From positions 157,890-221,889 of the forward strand of contig CAVRJL010000015.1 in assembly GCA_963721525.1 (NCBI GenBank): a stretch of DNA of 64,000 bases. The letters run 5' to 3'. Made by a program: the position numbers and the translations under genes. Each line of letters starts with the position of its first letter. The stretch's first letter is position 1. Positions 10,989-22,198 of this stretch are shown here, piece by piece. The notes under the pieces are model-generated. The model was not told the origin of the DNA, searched no databases, and saw only the letters and a program-made list of their open reading frames with translations. Source of the DNA: an uncultured Negativicutes bacterium (lineage in GTDB: Bacteria > Bacillota > Negativicutes > JBAXTZ01).

Positions 10989-12935
10989 TTATTTATTCTT
11001 TATTTTAATAGTACTTTTTAAAGGGACACAACATATAGGACAACCATTATCTTGGATTAGCCCAAAGTATTTGCAATTTACGCAAAAATCAACCGGGAAA
11101 TTTATTCCTGCATAACCTATATCGCAATTTTTCATATGCTTTAATAAATCTTCTACCGCTTCATAATTATTAATCGGTGAAGATACAAGCTCTACATAAC
11201 TTATATGTCCAGCATTCGTATATTTATGGAACGCTCCTTCAATCTTTATTTTTTCGAAAGCACTTATGTTGTATTTTACAGGAATATGAAAGGAATTTGT
11301 ATAATAATCTTTATCAGTAATTTTGTCTATTATACCAAATTTTTCTTTATCAATCTTAACAAATCTACCTGCTAATCCTTCGGCTGGAGTAGCAAGAAGA
11401 GTATAGTTCAACTTATAATAATTTGTGTATTCGTCTGTTTTTTTACGCATATAAGATAAAATTTTTTGTCCTAATTTATGAGCGTCTTCATCTTCTCCAT
11501 GGTGTTTTCCTTCCAAACCAATTAAAGTTTCTGCTAACCCTATAAATCCTATTGACAAAGAACCATTTTTTATGGCATTTTGTATATAACTATCTACTTT
11601 TAAATTTTCCGACCCTAAATATAACTTTTGTCCCATTAAAAAAGGCATATCTTTAACTTTTAATTTAGCCTGTATATTATATCTATGAAATAATTGCCTG
11701 GCTGTAAGATTCAATATTTCATCAAGTAGTTTGAAAAATATATCTATATTCCCTTTGGCTTTAAGTGCAATTCTAGGTAAATTTACAGTAGTAAAACTTA
11801 AATTTCCCCTACCGTCTGTTTGTTCTAATCCGTTTATATTGGAAATTACGCGTGTACGACAACCCATGTATGCTATATCTGTTCCATAAGCAGAATTAAA
11901 AGAAGAGTCCATAAAACTAAATGTAGGATTAAGTCTACGGGATGCAACTCTGATAGCTAACCGAAATAAATCATAATTAGGATCTGACTTATTAAAGTTT
12001 ATACCTTCTTTAATTCTAAAAATAATGTTAGGGAAAATAGGACTTTCTCCATGTCCTAATCCTTTTTCATAGGCCAAAAGAATGCCTTTTGTTACAGCTC
12101 TGGCCGCAAAAGACGTTTCACATCCTAAATTTAAACTGGAGAATGGAACTTGAGCACCTGCCCTACTATGCATACTATTTAAATTATAAATTAAAGCTTC
12201 CATAGCTTGATAAATTTCATTTTCATTAGCATTAAACATAAAAGGAGCCATATCGCGATCAAAAAAAGCAAAAGACTGTCCTCCATGCATATCGTTTTGA
12301 GAACTTTGCAGTATTATTGCTGCTAACGCTGTTGCCGAAGCTGGCCTTTTAGGCGAACGAATATAACCATGCCCTGTATCAAAACCTAATCGTAAAAGTT
12401 TTCCTAAAGGTATTTGAATACATGTAAGGGTTTTAGCATAAAAGTCTAAATCATGAATATGTATATCTCCATTAATATGTGCGTTTGCCATTTCTTCAGG
12501 TATCAACCTATGTAAATAATAAGCTTTTGATGCAACTGATGCTATTTGCAGCATTTTAGCTGAAGGAGAATTCGAAATATTAGCATTTTCTTTACTTGTT
12601 TCAATTAAAATTTCTGAAACAGCGTCCATCAAATCAGATTTACATTCTCGAATACGATTTCTACGGTTTCGATATAATATATAAGCTTTAGCAGTTTTGG
12701 CATGTCCAGTATCTATAAGTATTTTTTCTACTGCATCCTGTATCTGCTCAACAGAAAAAATTTTTCCACTATATATGGTAGTTTTTAAATAATCCAGAAC
12801 CACGCCAGTAAGCTCAATTGCTTGTTGTTTATTTTCTCCTCCTATATATTCGGCTGCAGCAAAAATGGCTCTACTTATTTTATTTATATTAAATTCTACA
12901 ATTCTGCCATCTCGTTTTTTTATATGCGAAAACAT
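10989..12935 (-). CDS. nrdD: Anaerobic (class III) ribonucleoside-triphosphate reductase, apparently missing the C-terminal glycyl-radical segment
   Basis: 648-aa ORF with an N-terminal ATP-cone (IKKRDGRIVEFNINKISRAI), a class III core and a C-terminal Zn ribbon (CVNC...CPIC). It stops 12 codons after the ribbon, and no RxxGY motif follows in any frame. nrdG starts 14 nt later. Confidence 0.8.
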   Translation of the reverse strand: MFSHIKKRDGRIVEFNINKISRAIFAAAEYIGGENKQQAIELTGVVLDYLKTTIYSGKIFSVEQIQDAVEKILIDTGHAKTAKAYILYRNRRNRIRECKSDLMDAVSEILIETSKENANISNSPSAKMLQIASVASKAYYLHRLIPEEMANAHINGDIHIHDLDFYAKTLTCIQIPLGKLLRLGFDTGHGYIRSPKRPASATALAAIILQSSQNDMHGGQSFAFFDRDMAPFMFNANENEIYQAMEALIYNLNSMHSRAGAQVPFSSLNLGCETSFAARAVTKGILLAYEKGLGHGESPIFPNIIFRIKEGINFNKSDPNYDLFRLAIRVASRRLNPTFSFMDSSFNSAYGTDIAYMGCRTRVISNINGLEQTDGRGNLSFTTVNLPRIALKAKGNIDIFFKLLDEILNLTARQLFHRYNIQAKLKVKDMPFLMGQKLYLGSENLKVDSYIQNAIKNGSLSIGFIGLAETLIGLEGKHHGEDEDAHKLGQKILSYMRKKTDEYTNYYKLNYTLLATPAEGLAGRFVKIDKEKFGIIDKITDKDYYTNSFHIPVKYNISAFEKIKIEGAFHKYTNAGHISYVELVSSPINNYEAVEDLLKHMKNCDIGYAGINFPVDFCVNCKYFGLIQDNGCPICCVPLKSTIKIKNK

Positions 12936-13453
12936 TTATATTTTACCTGCTTTTGCTTTCATATTTTATTTCCCAATTGCAAATATTTTACTATTAATAT
13001 AAAATTTACTATGCTTTCATATTGCTTGCAAATTGAAAGCAAAACGTACACAAAATACTTTATCAATGCTTTATAAATTATTTTCCTTATTGCCTAACTT
13101 ATTATTTCACCTCAATAAATATTACATATTTTCCGCCTTTCTTCTCAATTTAATAACCAAATTTTTAATAAAATCATTTGAGGGTTATACTTTTGTTCAA
13201 TAAACAAATAATTTCACAAAATCTATCATTTCTTACTACTAAAAAATTTACTTATTTTATTGACTTATATGGTGTAAATATTTTATCGTAACGCAAACAT
13301 TTGAAATGGCTTCTAACGGGATTTTTTTAATATGCAACACTTAATTTACTACTTTTATATCAGATATATATTAATAAAAAGAAAATATATAAACAACTCT
13401 AAAAACATATTTCAAACAAAATTTCTACATGTAAACTATATATAGCACTTTAA

Positions 13454-13487
13454 AAAATGTTATATACTGTAAAATGTTATATACTGT
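13454..13487. repeat. Perfect tandem duplication, 2 x 17 bp (aaaatgttatatactgt)
   Basis: Read directly: 13454-13470 is identical to 13471-13487. It lies in the 670-bp spacer between tRNA-Met and nrdD. Confidence 0.9.
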
Positions 13488-13575
13488 AATTTGCGTTTTA
13501 AAGGTAACTATATTTATTTTCTAAATTTATATTATAATTAATTAATAAAATTATAATTTACTGATAAAAGTAGAA

Positions 13576-13605
13576 AAGGAAAGCTCTCGCTTTCCTTATT
13601 TTTTA
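13576..13605 (-). terminator. Stem-loop terminator downstream of tRNA-Met (could work in either direction)
   Basis: 9-bp stem aaggaaagc/gctttcctt with a 4-nt loop. T-rich tracts flank it on both strands, and it immediately follows the tRNA 3' end. Confidence 0.55.
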
Positions 13606-13680
13606 TGGTGGGCCTACCTGGAATCGAACCAGGGGCCAACCGGTTATGAGCCGGTTGCTCTACCGCTGAGCTATAGGCCC
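13606..13680 (-). tRNA. tRNA with CAU anticodon (elongator Met, or Ile2 if lysidine-modified), CCA encoded
   Basis: Minus strand reads gggcctatagctcagcggtagagcaaccggctCATaaccggttggcccctggttcgattccaggtaggcccacca. It has a cloverleaf with GTTCGATTC in the T-arm. The G1-C72 pair argues against an initiator tRNA. Confidence 0.9.
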
Positions 13681-13732
13681 ATTCGCCTAACACAAAATTT
13701 ATTATATACATTTCAGCATATATAGTCAATAA

Positions 13733-14851
13733 TTAATCTAAAAAATCTCTTAGTTTTTTACTTCTAGTGGGATGCCTTAATTTTCTCAAAGCTTTAGCTT
13801 CAATTTGCCTAATGCGTTCCCTTGTTACACCAAAATATTTACCCACATCCTCCAATGTTCTAGATTTACCATCCCTTAAACCAAATCTTAACTGTAAAAC
13901 TTTTTTTTCTCTTTCTGTTAAAGTTTCTAATACTTCTTCTAATTGCTCTTTCATTAACACGAAGGAAGCTTCTTCATTAGGTGCTATTGCTTCATGGTCT
14001 TCAATAAAATCTCCCAAATGAGAATCTTCTTCTTCTCCAATAGGAGTCTCTAATGAAACAGGTTCTTGAGCTATTTTCATAATTTCTCGAATTTTATCTT
14101 CGCTAATACCCATTTCCTTAGCTATTTCTTCTACATTTGGATCTCTACCGAAACTTTGCAATAAATGCCTTGAAATACGCATAAACTTATTTATCGTTTC
14201 AACCATATGTACAGGTATCCTTATTGTACGCGCTTGATCGGCGATTGCTCTTGTAATAGCCTGCCTAATCCACCAGGTAGCATATGTACTAAATTTATAT
14301 CCTTTTTTATAGTCGAATTTTTCCACAGCTTTTATTAAGCCAAGGTTACCTTCCTGAATTAAATCTAAAAAAAGCATACCGCGACCTACATATCTTTTAG
14401 CGATACTTACTACTAACCTTAGATTTGCTTCAGCTAATTCGTTTTTTGCTTTTTCGTCGCCTTCTTGAATTCTCATTGCTAAAGATATTTCTTCATCAGC
14501 TTTTAATAAAGAAACTTTTCCTATCTCTTTTAAATACATTCTTACAGGATCATCAATATTTGTTACCTGAAGAATACTTAAATCTACATTATCTATTTTA
14601 AGTTGATTTTCATTTACCAAAACTTTATCGATTTTTTCAATCAAAGAATCATCGGACAATCCATTAGTAACTTCTTTTCCCATATTTTTCAACTCATTAA
14701 GTAAAGCATCCATATCTTCAGGTAAAAATTCATCGGGAATTACATTATTAATATCATCAAAACTAACCTGATTATTTTTTTGAGCGGCTATATCTATTAA
14801 TTTTTTTAGTAAGTAGTTATATTTATTATTTCTTTTTTCATTCTCTTTCAT
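13733..14851 (-). CDS. rpoD: Primary RNA polymerase sigma factor (SigA/RpoD)
   Basis: 372-aa ORF. Region 2 is [30 protein letters not shown] and region 4.2 is [30 protein letters not shown]. It overlaps the dnaG stop. Confidence 0.95.
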   Translation of the reverse strand: MKENEKRNNKYNYLLKKLIDIAAQKNNQVSFDDINNVIPDEFLPEDMDALLNELKNMGKEVTNGLSDDSLIEKIDKVLVNENQLKIDNVDLSILQVTNIDDPVRMYLKEIGKVSLLKADEEISLAMRIQEGDEKAKNELAEANLRLVVSIAKRYVGRGMLFLDLIQEGNLGLIKAVEKFDYKKGYKFSTYATWWIRQAITRAIADQARTIRIPVHMVETINKFMRISRHLLQSFGRDPNVEEIAKEMGISEDKIREIMKIAQEPVSLETPIGEEEDSHLGDFIEDHEAIAPNEEASFVLMKEQLEEVLETLTEREKKVLQLRFGLRDGKSRTLEDVGKYFGVTRERIRQIEAKALRKLRHPTRSKKLRDFLD

Positions 14852-16667
14852 TGTCTCCTCCGTTCAATAAAACAATCTTTTTATTTTTCAATAATTCTTT
14901 TTCCTCGCTTAGTTTAGCCGCAATCCTAAATTTTTCAATATACTGTTCGTTACCTTGTTTTTCTAATAATTCAGCTTCTATTATATGCATATTTATCCTA
15001 TTTTCTAAATTAAATAAATATCTTCTGAGAAAAAAATCATCAATAAAATTTTTTAAATCTTGCTTGCAATCATCTAAACTCGTACTCGTTAAAATTTCTG
15101 AAAATAAAGAATTAAAGTTTTTATCAAGATCCAAAAACATCTGTGAATCAGATAAAAATTTTCTATTTTTTACATAAATTACATATATATATTCCCATAA
15201 GGATCTCGTATTTTTTGAAAGAAAATTACTCGTCTTTAGATATTCACAAATTTTACCTCTTAAATGTTCGTTTTCAAGGAAAATACGAATTATTTTCTTT
15301 TCTTCCTTTTCTTGTTTATCAATTTTAGTAGCTACTTCTTTCAATAAACGCTTATTAAAATATTTATTTTTCCCCCTTATTTTATTATATTCTTCAATAA
15401 TTAATTTTTCAGATATTTTTAATTTATTAGAAACTAAAGGCAAATAACTCTCCACTTCTATTTTATTAGGATATAAACAAAAAAAGTTTAATATATTATT
15501 AAGTGCCTTAGCTTGATTATCTAAATCAAAGCTTTTCATTGATTTTACGTTGTCCTCAATCATAAATTCCAGCACACTAAAAGTATTATTCATTAAATTT
15601 AAAAATTTTTCTTTACCAAATGTTCGAACATATTCATCCGGATCTTTAGCATCAACAATAGTAATCGGAAAAACTTTTACTCCACTATGTTTAATGGCAT
15701 CATACGCTTTTAATGTCGCAGCCCGTCCTGCGGGGTCATTATCATATGCAAAATATATAGATGATGAAAATTTGGAAGCGAGTGCCGCTTGGCGAGCTGA
15801 AAAAGCAGTTCCCATTGTTCCTACCGTATTTTTTATACCATAACTATGCAAGATGATAACATCAAAATAACCCTCTACTATAATAAGTTTGTTTGTTTCG
15901 CGTGCAGCAATACCCGCAATATTCAATCCATATAAGCAGTTTCTCTTGCTAAATAACTCCGTATCAGGTGTATTTAAATATTTGGGTTGAACATCAGTTA
16001 TTTTTCTGCCACCAAATCCTACTATCCTATTCATCAAATCGAATATTGGTATTATTATTCTATCTCGAAATATATCGACATTTCTATTAATTAATTTTTT
16101 TTTACTTAAACCTGCTCTTACTAAAATATCAGCTTGGATATTTCGCTTAATCAATGATTGAGTTAGCTTGTCGTAAAAATTTGGGGCATAACCTATCTTA
16201 AATTGTTCTATTATTTTTAAGTTGATTCCTCTTTTTTTTAAATATTCCAATGCTTTCTTACCATAATTTGTTTTTAATAAACAAGCATGAAAAAAATCAC
16301 TTGCTAATAAATTAGCTTTTACTATTTCATTTCTTTCATTTTCAGCTTTTATATTTTTAGAATTTACTTGTGGTAAACTTATTCTAAATCGTCTGGCTAA
16401 ATTATACACAATATCAATAAAAGGCCTATTTTCTATCAGTGTTAAAAATTTAAATATGTCGCCTCCTATTTGACAACCAAAACAATAGAATAGTTTTTTT
16501 TCGCTGTTAATCGAAAAAGAAGGAGTTTTTTCATTATGAAAAGGACAACAACCCCAAAAATTACGCCCTCTTTTTTCTAAAACAACATATTCAGATATTA
16601 AATCTACAATATCAGCTATCTCCTTAATTTCAGAAACCGCGCAAATAAAGGCCGAATCAAGTGACAT
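14838..16667 (-). CDS. dnaG: DNA primase
   Basis: 609-aa ORF with a zinc finger ([15 protein letters not shown]...[11 protein letters not shown]) and a TOPRIM domain ([20 protein letters not shown]). Confidence 0.93.
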   Translation of the reverse strand: MSLDSAFICAVSEIKEIADIVDLISEYVVLEKRGRNFWGCCPFHNEKTPSFSINSEKKLFYCFGCQIGGDIFKFLTLIENRPFIDIVYNLARRFRISLPQVNSKNIKAENERNEIVKANLLASDFFHACLLKTNYGKKALEYLKKRGINLKIIEQFKIGYAPNFYDKLTQSLIKRNIQADILVRAGLSKKKLINRNVDIFRDRIIIPIFDLMNRIVGFGGRKITDVQPKYLNTPDTELFSKRNCLYGLNIAGIAARETNKLIIVEGYFDVIILHSYGIKNTVGTMGTAFSARQAALASKFSSSIYFAYDNDPAGRAATLKAYDAIKHSGVKVFPITIVDAKDPDEYVRTFGKEKFLNLMNNTFSVLEFMIEDNVKSMKSFDLDNQAKALNNILNFFCLYPNKIEVESYLPLVSNKLKISEKLIIEEYNKIRGKNKYFNKRLLKEVATKIDKQEKEEKKIIRIFLENEHLRGKICEYLKTSNFLSKNTRSLWEYIYVIYVKNRKFLSDSQMFLDLDKNFNSLFSEILTSTSLDDCKQDLKNFIDDFFLRRYLFNLENRINMHIIEAELLEKQGNEQYIEKFRIAAKLSEEKELLKNKKIVLLNGGDNERE

Positions 16668-17153
16668 AATACCTCTTAAATTTTAAATAATAAAATATAT
16701 ATTGTTATAATTACAGTTATTGTATATTAATTCTACGATACATTCTGTTATTGCAGATAACTATCTTTTAAACCTACAAAGTAAAGCAAAAGTCAAGTTT
16801 TCCTCCCTATAATTTAAAATTTCTCCTATGACTTATTGAATTAAATTTAATCCGTTTTTTTCTTTTGATAGAATTCAATATTCCTATATTTTACTCATTA
16901 TGATTAAAACGTCTTACTTTTCTTGTAGGTTACAAATCTTTTTTCTGTGCTATGTCCGAAAGTAGTATGCTTTACACATAACTAAGTGGCTGCTACACTT
17001 TCAATTAAACTTTAGTTTAAACACAAATCATACGCGCTCATTACCATAATTTACGCAACCACTAAACAATTAAACGAGTTCGATGATGATTATCATATTT
17101 TGATAAAAACTTGTTCTCATTTAATTCATTTTGCTCTCTTAATAATTATAAAA

Positions 17154-19277
17154 CTATCCCACTATTTTTGTACAATTAAAAAACCTGCAACTTAATTCTT
17201 TAATATTGATTAATAAATTTAAACGATTATTTTTAACTTTTTCATCATCAACCATAATCAGAATTTTATCGAAAAAATTATTAATAATATAAACTAATGT
17301 TTCGAGTTTTTCAAAATATTCAGAAACATTAATATCTTTTTCAGAAATTTTATTTAAATTTTCAATCTCTCTATAAGCTTTGTATAGTTGTAATTCAGCT
17401 TTTTCTACAAATAAGTCTTTATCTATTTTCTTTTGTTTTTGTTCAGGTAAATAATTTTTACTTATATTTATTATTCTAGTATACGCATTAATAAGTTGCT
17501 TAAATCCATCTTTCTTACTAACTTTATTTATAATATCTGCTTTTTCTAATATTTTTTGCGGATAATTCAGTTCATTGATTGTTAAAACAGCATCAATAAT
17601 ATCGTATCGTATATTATGTTTTTGCAGCACTCTCTTTAACGTTTGATTAAAAAACCTCTTAATAATTTTATAAACAGAATCTTTTCCATTACCGCTTTTT
17701 ATATTATAGTATTGTTTTTTAGAATGATTAAAATTGTTTAAGGATTTAAAAATAATAAAATCTATAGACAATTTATCAATACTTGTTGCTAAAATATTTA
17801 CAATAGCCATTATTTGTCTTCGTATTCCATGAGGATCTTGCGAACTTGTTGGTATTTCCCCAGTAATTATACAAGCACAAATATTATCTATTTTATCCAC
17901 CATGGATAATATTTTGCCTATTATTGAGTTCGGCAAACTATCTCCAATAAAACGAGGTAAATAATGTTCGTATATAGCATCTGCTACTTCTGCGTTTTCA
18001 CCAGCAAGTAACGCATATTCCCGCCCCATATAACCTTGAAGTTCAGGAAATTCACCTACTATATTTGTTGTTAAATCCGTTTTAGAAAGGTAAGCTGCCC
18101 TTTCTAAGTTAGTAAAATCAACCTCCTTTCCCTTGCTATAATTTCCGCCATAATATGTATACAAAAATTCATACGCTAAATATTTAATTCGTTTAGTTTT
18201 AGCTAAAAGAGAATTTTCAAGTAAACCTTCATAAAAAACTATATGCTCAAGCTTACTTACTCTATTTACTGGTTTTACTTTACAATCTTCATCAAAAAAA
18301 AATTGTGCATCTGCCAAGCGCGCACGCAATACTCTTTCATTTCCCTTTTTTACTAAATCCAATTGTTCATTATTACCATTACGCACCGCTATAAATTTAT
18401 TTAATAAATTCCCTTGAGTATCTTTTACAGGAAAATATTTTTGATGTTCTTTCATCGGCGTTATTATTACTAGTTCTGGTAATTTTAAATATTTTTTCTC
18501 AAATTCACCCATAAAAGCATAAGGATATTCCACCAAATAAGTAACTTCGTTAAGTAATTTTTCATCTATTTCGACTTTAATATTGCTATCCGAAGCTAAT
18601 TTTTCTATTTGCTTTTTTATTTCATTTTTACGTTCATTCTGGTCTATAATTACAAAATTTTTTGTTAATTCGGTAAAATAACGATTAATAGAATTTATTT
18701 TTATCGCTTCTTTAGTTAAAAATCTATGCCCAAACGTGAATCTATTTGACTTAATACCAGCAAATTCCATATCTATCAAGTCTTTATCCAGCAAAGCAAG
18801 TATCCAATGGATAGGGCGAACAAATTTTGTGTTCGATGTACCCCAACGCATAGTTTGAGAAAATTTCAATGTATTTATTATTTGAGTTAATATATTCGGC
18901 AAAATTTCTTGTGTTGCTATACCTTTGATAACTTTATTAGCATAGATATATCCTTCTTTTTGAACCAGACTATTTAATTCAACATTTTGTGAACGGGCAA
19001 ACCCCTCTCCTGCTTTTGTCCAGGCACCTTCTTCATTTAAAGCAACTTTTATTGATGGCCCTTTAATAGATATTTTTCTATCAGATTGTTTTTCTGGTAA
19101 ACTTTTAATAAACAATACTATCCTGCGAGGTGTTCCTAAAGATTCTATTTTACTATATTTTAGTGCATTTTTAAAAAATATATTTGCTGCTATCTCTTTT
19201 ATTTGACTTAAAATATTATCCATAAATCGTGCAGGTATTTCTTCTGTTCCTATTTCCAATAAAAAATCCTTAAACAT
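17154..19277 (-). CDS. glyS: Glycine--tRNA ligase beta subunit
   Basis: 707-aa ORF with N-terminal LLEIGTEEIPARF. It lies immediately downstream of glyQ. Confidence 0.9.
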   Translation of the reverse strand: MFKDFLLEIGTEEIPARFMDNILSQIKEIAANIFFKNALKYSKIESLGTPRRIVLFIKSLPEKQSDRKISIKGPSIKVALNEEGAWTKAGEGFARSQNVELNSLVQKEGYIYANKVIKGIATQEILPNILTQIINTLKFSQTMRWGTSNTKFVRPIHWILALLDKDLIDMEFAGIKSNRFTFGHRFLTKEAIKINSINRYFTELTKNFVIIDQNERKNEIKKQIEKLASDSNIKVEIDEKLLNEVTYLVEYPYAFMGEFEKKYLKLPELVIITPMKEHQKYFPVKDTQGNLLNKFIAVRNGNNEQLDLVKKGNERVLRARLADAQFFFDEDCKVKPVNRVSKLEHIVFYEGLLENSLLAKTKRIKYLAYEFLYTYYGGNYSKGKEVDFTNLERAAYLSKTDLTTNIVGEFPELQGYMGREYALLAGENAEVADAIYEHYLPRFIGDSLPNSIIGKILSMVDKIDNICACIITGEIPTSSQDPHGIRRQIMAIVNILATSIDKLSIDFIIFKSLNNFNHSKKQYYNIKSGNGKDSVYKIIKRFFNQTLKRVLQKHNIRYDIIDAVLTINELNYPQKILEKADIINKVSKKDGFKQLINAYTRIINISKNYLPEQKQKKIDKDLFVEKAELQLYKAYREIENLNKISEKDINVSEYFEKLETLVYIINNFFDKILIMVDDEKVKNNRLNLLINIKELSCRFFNCTKIVG

Positions 19278-19280
19278 TTA

Positions 19281-20153
19281 TTAAACACCTTTCAATAATG
19301 GAAATCCCATTTTTTCTCTTTGTCTCACATATGTTTGTGCACATAATACAGCTAATTTTCTCACTTTAGCTATATAAGTTGCCCTAGCACCAACCCCAAT
19401 AGCTCCTCGAGCTTCCAATAAATTAAATACATGGGAACACTTTAAAACGTAGTCATAAGCAGGCATAACTGCCTTTTTATTTATTGTTTTTTCTGCTTCA
19501 AGCTCATATTTATCAAATAAATCAAACAATAAATTTATATCAGCAAATTCAAAAGCGTATTTAGAATTTTCATATTCATTTTGTTTAAATACGTCTCCAT
19601 AAGATACTCCTTTTACACATTCTAAATCATAAACATTTTCTACTCCTTGCATATACATAGCAAGACGTTCTAAACCAATAGTAATTTCAGCAGCAATAGG
19701 ATTACATTCTAAACTCCCCACTTGCTGAAAATAGGTAAACTGTGTAATTTCCATACCGTCTAACCATACTTCCCAACCTAATCCCGCTGCTCCAAATGTA
19801 GGATTTTCCCAGTTATCTTCTACAAATCTTATATCATGTTTTAAAGGATCAATCCCAGTTTCCATTAAACAATTTAAATATATTTCTTGTATATTAAATG
19901 GCGCTGGTTTCATAAGAACTTGAAATTGATGGTGCTGAAATAAACGATTAGGATTCTCTCCATATCGCCCGTCTTTTGGTCGACGGCTAGGTTCTACATA
20001 GGCAACATTCCAAGGCTCGGGGCCGAGTACCCTTAAAAAACTAGCAGGATTAATTGTACCCGCTCCTTTTTCTATATCATAAGGCTGAGCTATAATACAA
20101 TTTTGCATTGCCCAATAATTCTGTAGCTTTAAAATTAAATTCTGTAAGGTCAT
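19281..20153 (-). CDS. glyQ: Glycine--tRNA ligase alpha subunit
   Basis: 290-aa ORF with [42 protein letters not shown] and [31 protein letters not shown] Shine-Dalgarno sits upstream. Confidence 0.95.
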   Translation of the reverse strand: MTLQNLILKLQNYWAMQNCIIAQPYDIEKGAGTINPASFLRVLGPEPWNVAYVEPSRRPKDGRYGENPNRLFQHHQFQVLMKPAPFNIQEIYLNCLMETGIDPLKHDIRFVEDNWENPTFGAAGLGWEVWLDGMEITQFTYFQQVGSLECNPIAAEITIGLERLAMYMQGVENVYDLECVKGVSYGDVFKQNEYENSKYAFEFADINLLFDLFDKYELEAEKTINKKAVMPAYDYVLKCSHVFNLLEARGAIGVGARATYIAKVRKLAVLCAQTYVRQREKMGFPLLKGV

Positions 20154-20408
20154 TTATCCTCCATAATACAAAATATTTACTCAACGTTTTTTATGAAATC
20201 ACTTTTCATATAATATGCTTGTATTATTCCCTTATCATCATATATTCCTGCTATATCAATTTTACAATTAATTTATTGTATAAATTAATTGTTATTAATA
20301 ATGTTTAGCTACTTTAACTACATTTGCTATTTCACTTCTAGTAATAATTTTCATAGGTAAGTCTAATCTTGTAAATCTATTTGTTTTTATCTAAGTCATA
20401 AACGTAAG

Positions 20409-21203
20409 TCAATCTATTACCCTTGTCTGGCTGTTTAATATTATCGAAATAGGAGAAAATGTTTTTCTATGTTCGCTTGTAATTCCATATTTGAATAAGG
20501 CTTCCATATGTTTTTTTGTCCCATATCCTTTATGTTTGACAAATCCATACCAAGGATATAGTTCATCAAGTTTGTCCATTATCTCATCTCGAATAACTTT
20601 TGCCATAATGGAAGCTGCAGCCACAGATAAACTTTTTTCATCCGCCTTTGTAATACTGAAAACCTTGGCATCTTTTATATCTGGCAACGGCATAGCATCG
20701 CTTATTATAACTTTAGGTCTTAATTTTAAGCCCTCTATTGCTTTATACATGGCTAATTTGCTTGCCTGATGAATATTAATTTTATCAATTGTTTTCACAT
20801 CCACTATTGCAAAATTATAAGTAAGTGCTTTTTTTTTTATTTCAACAAATATTTTTTTACGCATTGATTGAGATAATTTTTTCGAATCATTTAAATTTAT
20901 TATTTTTATATTTTTCAGAAAAATTACAACCGCAGCAACAACAGGTCCAGCTAACGATCCTCTCCCTACTTCATCTATTCCTGCTATTAAAGAATACCCT
21001 TGGTTAATAAACATATTTTCATATTGTAGCATTTTTTCTAAACGTATATCTTCTTTTATTTTATTTTCCAAACGTTTTTTATACTGTTTTACTAATATTT
21101 TTACCGTTATTCTTTTATCTTTTTCTAATTGATATAAAGCATTATTGCTAATATTTCCTTTTTTTAATAAAATAGAAATCTGAGCACTTGTTAAATTATT
21201 CAA
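20409..21203 (-). CDS. rnhB: Ribonuclease HII
   Basis: 264-aa ORF with GIDEVGRGSLAGPVVAAVV and DSKKLS motifs, plus an N-terminal extension as in the Firmicutes enzymes. Confidence 0.88.
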   Translation of the reverse strand: MNNLTSAQISILLKKGNISNNALYQLEKDKRITVKILVKQYKKRLENKIKEDIRLEKMLQYENMFINQGYSLIAGIDEVGRGSLAGPVVAAVVIFLKNIKIINLNDSKKLSQSMRKKIFVEIKKKALTYNFAIVDVKTIDKINIHQASKLAMYKAIEGLKLRPKVIISDAMPLPDIKDAKVFSITKADEKSLSVAAASIMAKVIRDEIMDKLDELYPWYGFVKHKGYGTKKHMEALFKYGITSEHRKTFSPISIILNSQTRVID

Positions 21204-21610
21204 AATATTTTCCTCTTAGTTTTGTTAACCTAAAATAATGCGCGTTGAAATTATAATTTAATATAAAGTTCTTCGCATTTTATCTAATATTAATTTTTAT
21301 CTATATTTACATATTACTTTATTATTGCTCTGTTTATATATTTTATAATTAAATATTTCTTTATCTTTTAAAAAAGTTTAATCTAGCAATTAACGTTTTT
21401 TACTATCAGAAGTGTGTACTATATTTTTTATGTACAGAAAATTTCCACGCATTGGTCCGGACGCAGCCTTTAATAGTTGGGTTATTCCTATCATTACACT
21501 AAAAAAATAACTATGGTCTATATAATATTTTTTAGATATCTTGCTAATTATTTTTATCGTTTTAATTTCAATTATTATTAACCATTTTAAGTTTTTTTAT
21601 TTCGTAAGGT

Positions 21611-22159
21611 TTAATTAGAATCAATGTTATTTACGTTTTCAATATTTTTCTTATTAATATTTTTATAAGTTTTGATAAGTTCTATATAAATTTTTGCGGA
21701 TTGTTTTATTTTATTTATTTCGTTATCAGTTAATTTTCTTATAAATCTCGCTGGAATCCCAGCAAATAAAGAATAAGAGGGAACAACTTTATTTGCAGTT
21801 ACTACTGATCCTGCCGCTATTAACGCACAGTCAGATATTTTAGCTCCATTTAATATTATGGCTCCCATACCTACTAATACATTGTCCGAAATTGTACAAG
21901 CATGCACCACAGTATTATGACCCATAGTAACGTTACAACCTATTCTACAAGACTTCTCTAAATCTCCATGTATTACAGAATTATCTTGTATATTCGTATT
22001 TCTTCCAATAATAATTGGACCACAATCTCCTCTTAATACAGTATTAAACCAGATGCTTGAATTTTCTTCTATTTGTACATTGCCAATAATCCTTGTTCCT
22101 GCCGCAATAAAGCAACTTTTGTCGATTTTAGGACAATATTCTTTATATTTATAAATCAT
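21611..22159 (-). CDS. Gamma-carbonic-anhydrase-like hexapeptide-repeat protein (YrdA/PaaY family)
   Basis: 182-aa ORF. The left-handed beta-helix repeat pattern (IWFNTVLRGD...IGRNTNIQDNSVIH...GHNTVVH) is typical of the family. Confidence 0.8.
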   Translation of the reverse strand: MIYKYKEYCPKIDKSCFIAAGTRIIGNVQIEENSSIWFNTVLRGDCGPIIIGRNTNIQDNSVIHGDLEKSCRIGCNVTMGHNTVVHACTISDNVLVGMGAIILNGAKISDCALIAAGSVVTANKVVPSYSLFAGIPARFIRKLTDNEINKIKQSAKIYIELIKTYKNINKKNIENVNNIDSN

Positions 22160-22198
22160 AAAATTTCCTCTGAATACGTAAATTATTTAAACTCTAAT

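Noticed and set aside
21445-21480. GGTCCGGACGCAGCC, reminiscent of the SRP RNA domain IV sequence (GGUCCGGAAGGAAGCAGCC)
   Set aside because: The GNRA tetraloop and symmetric-loop residues are missing. There is no flanking helix complementarity on either strand. It is more likely a fragment of an eroded gene.
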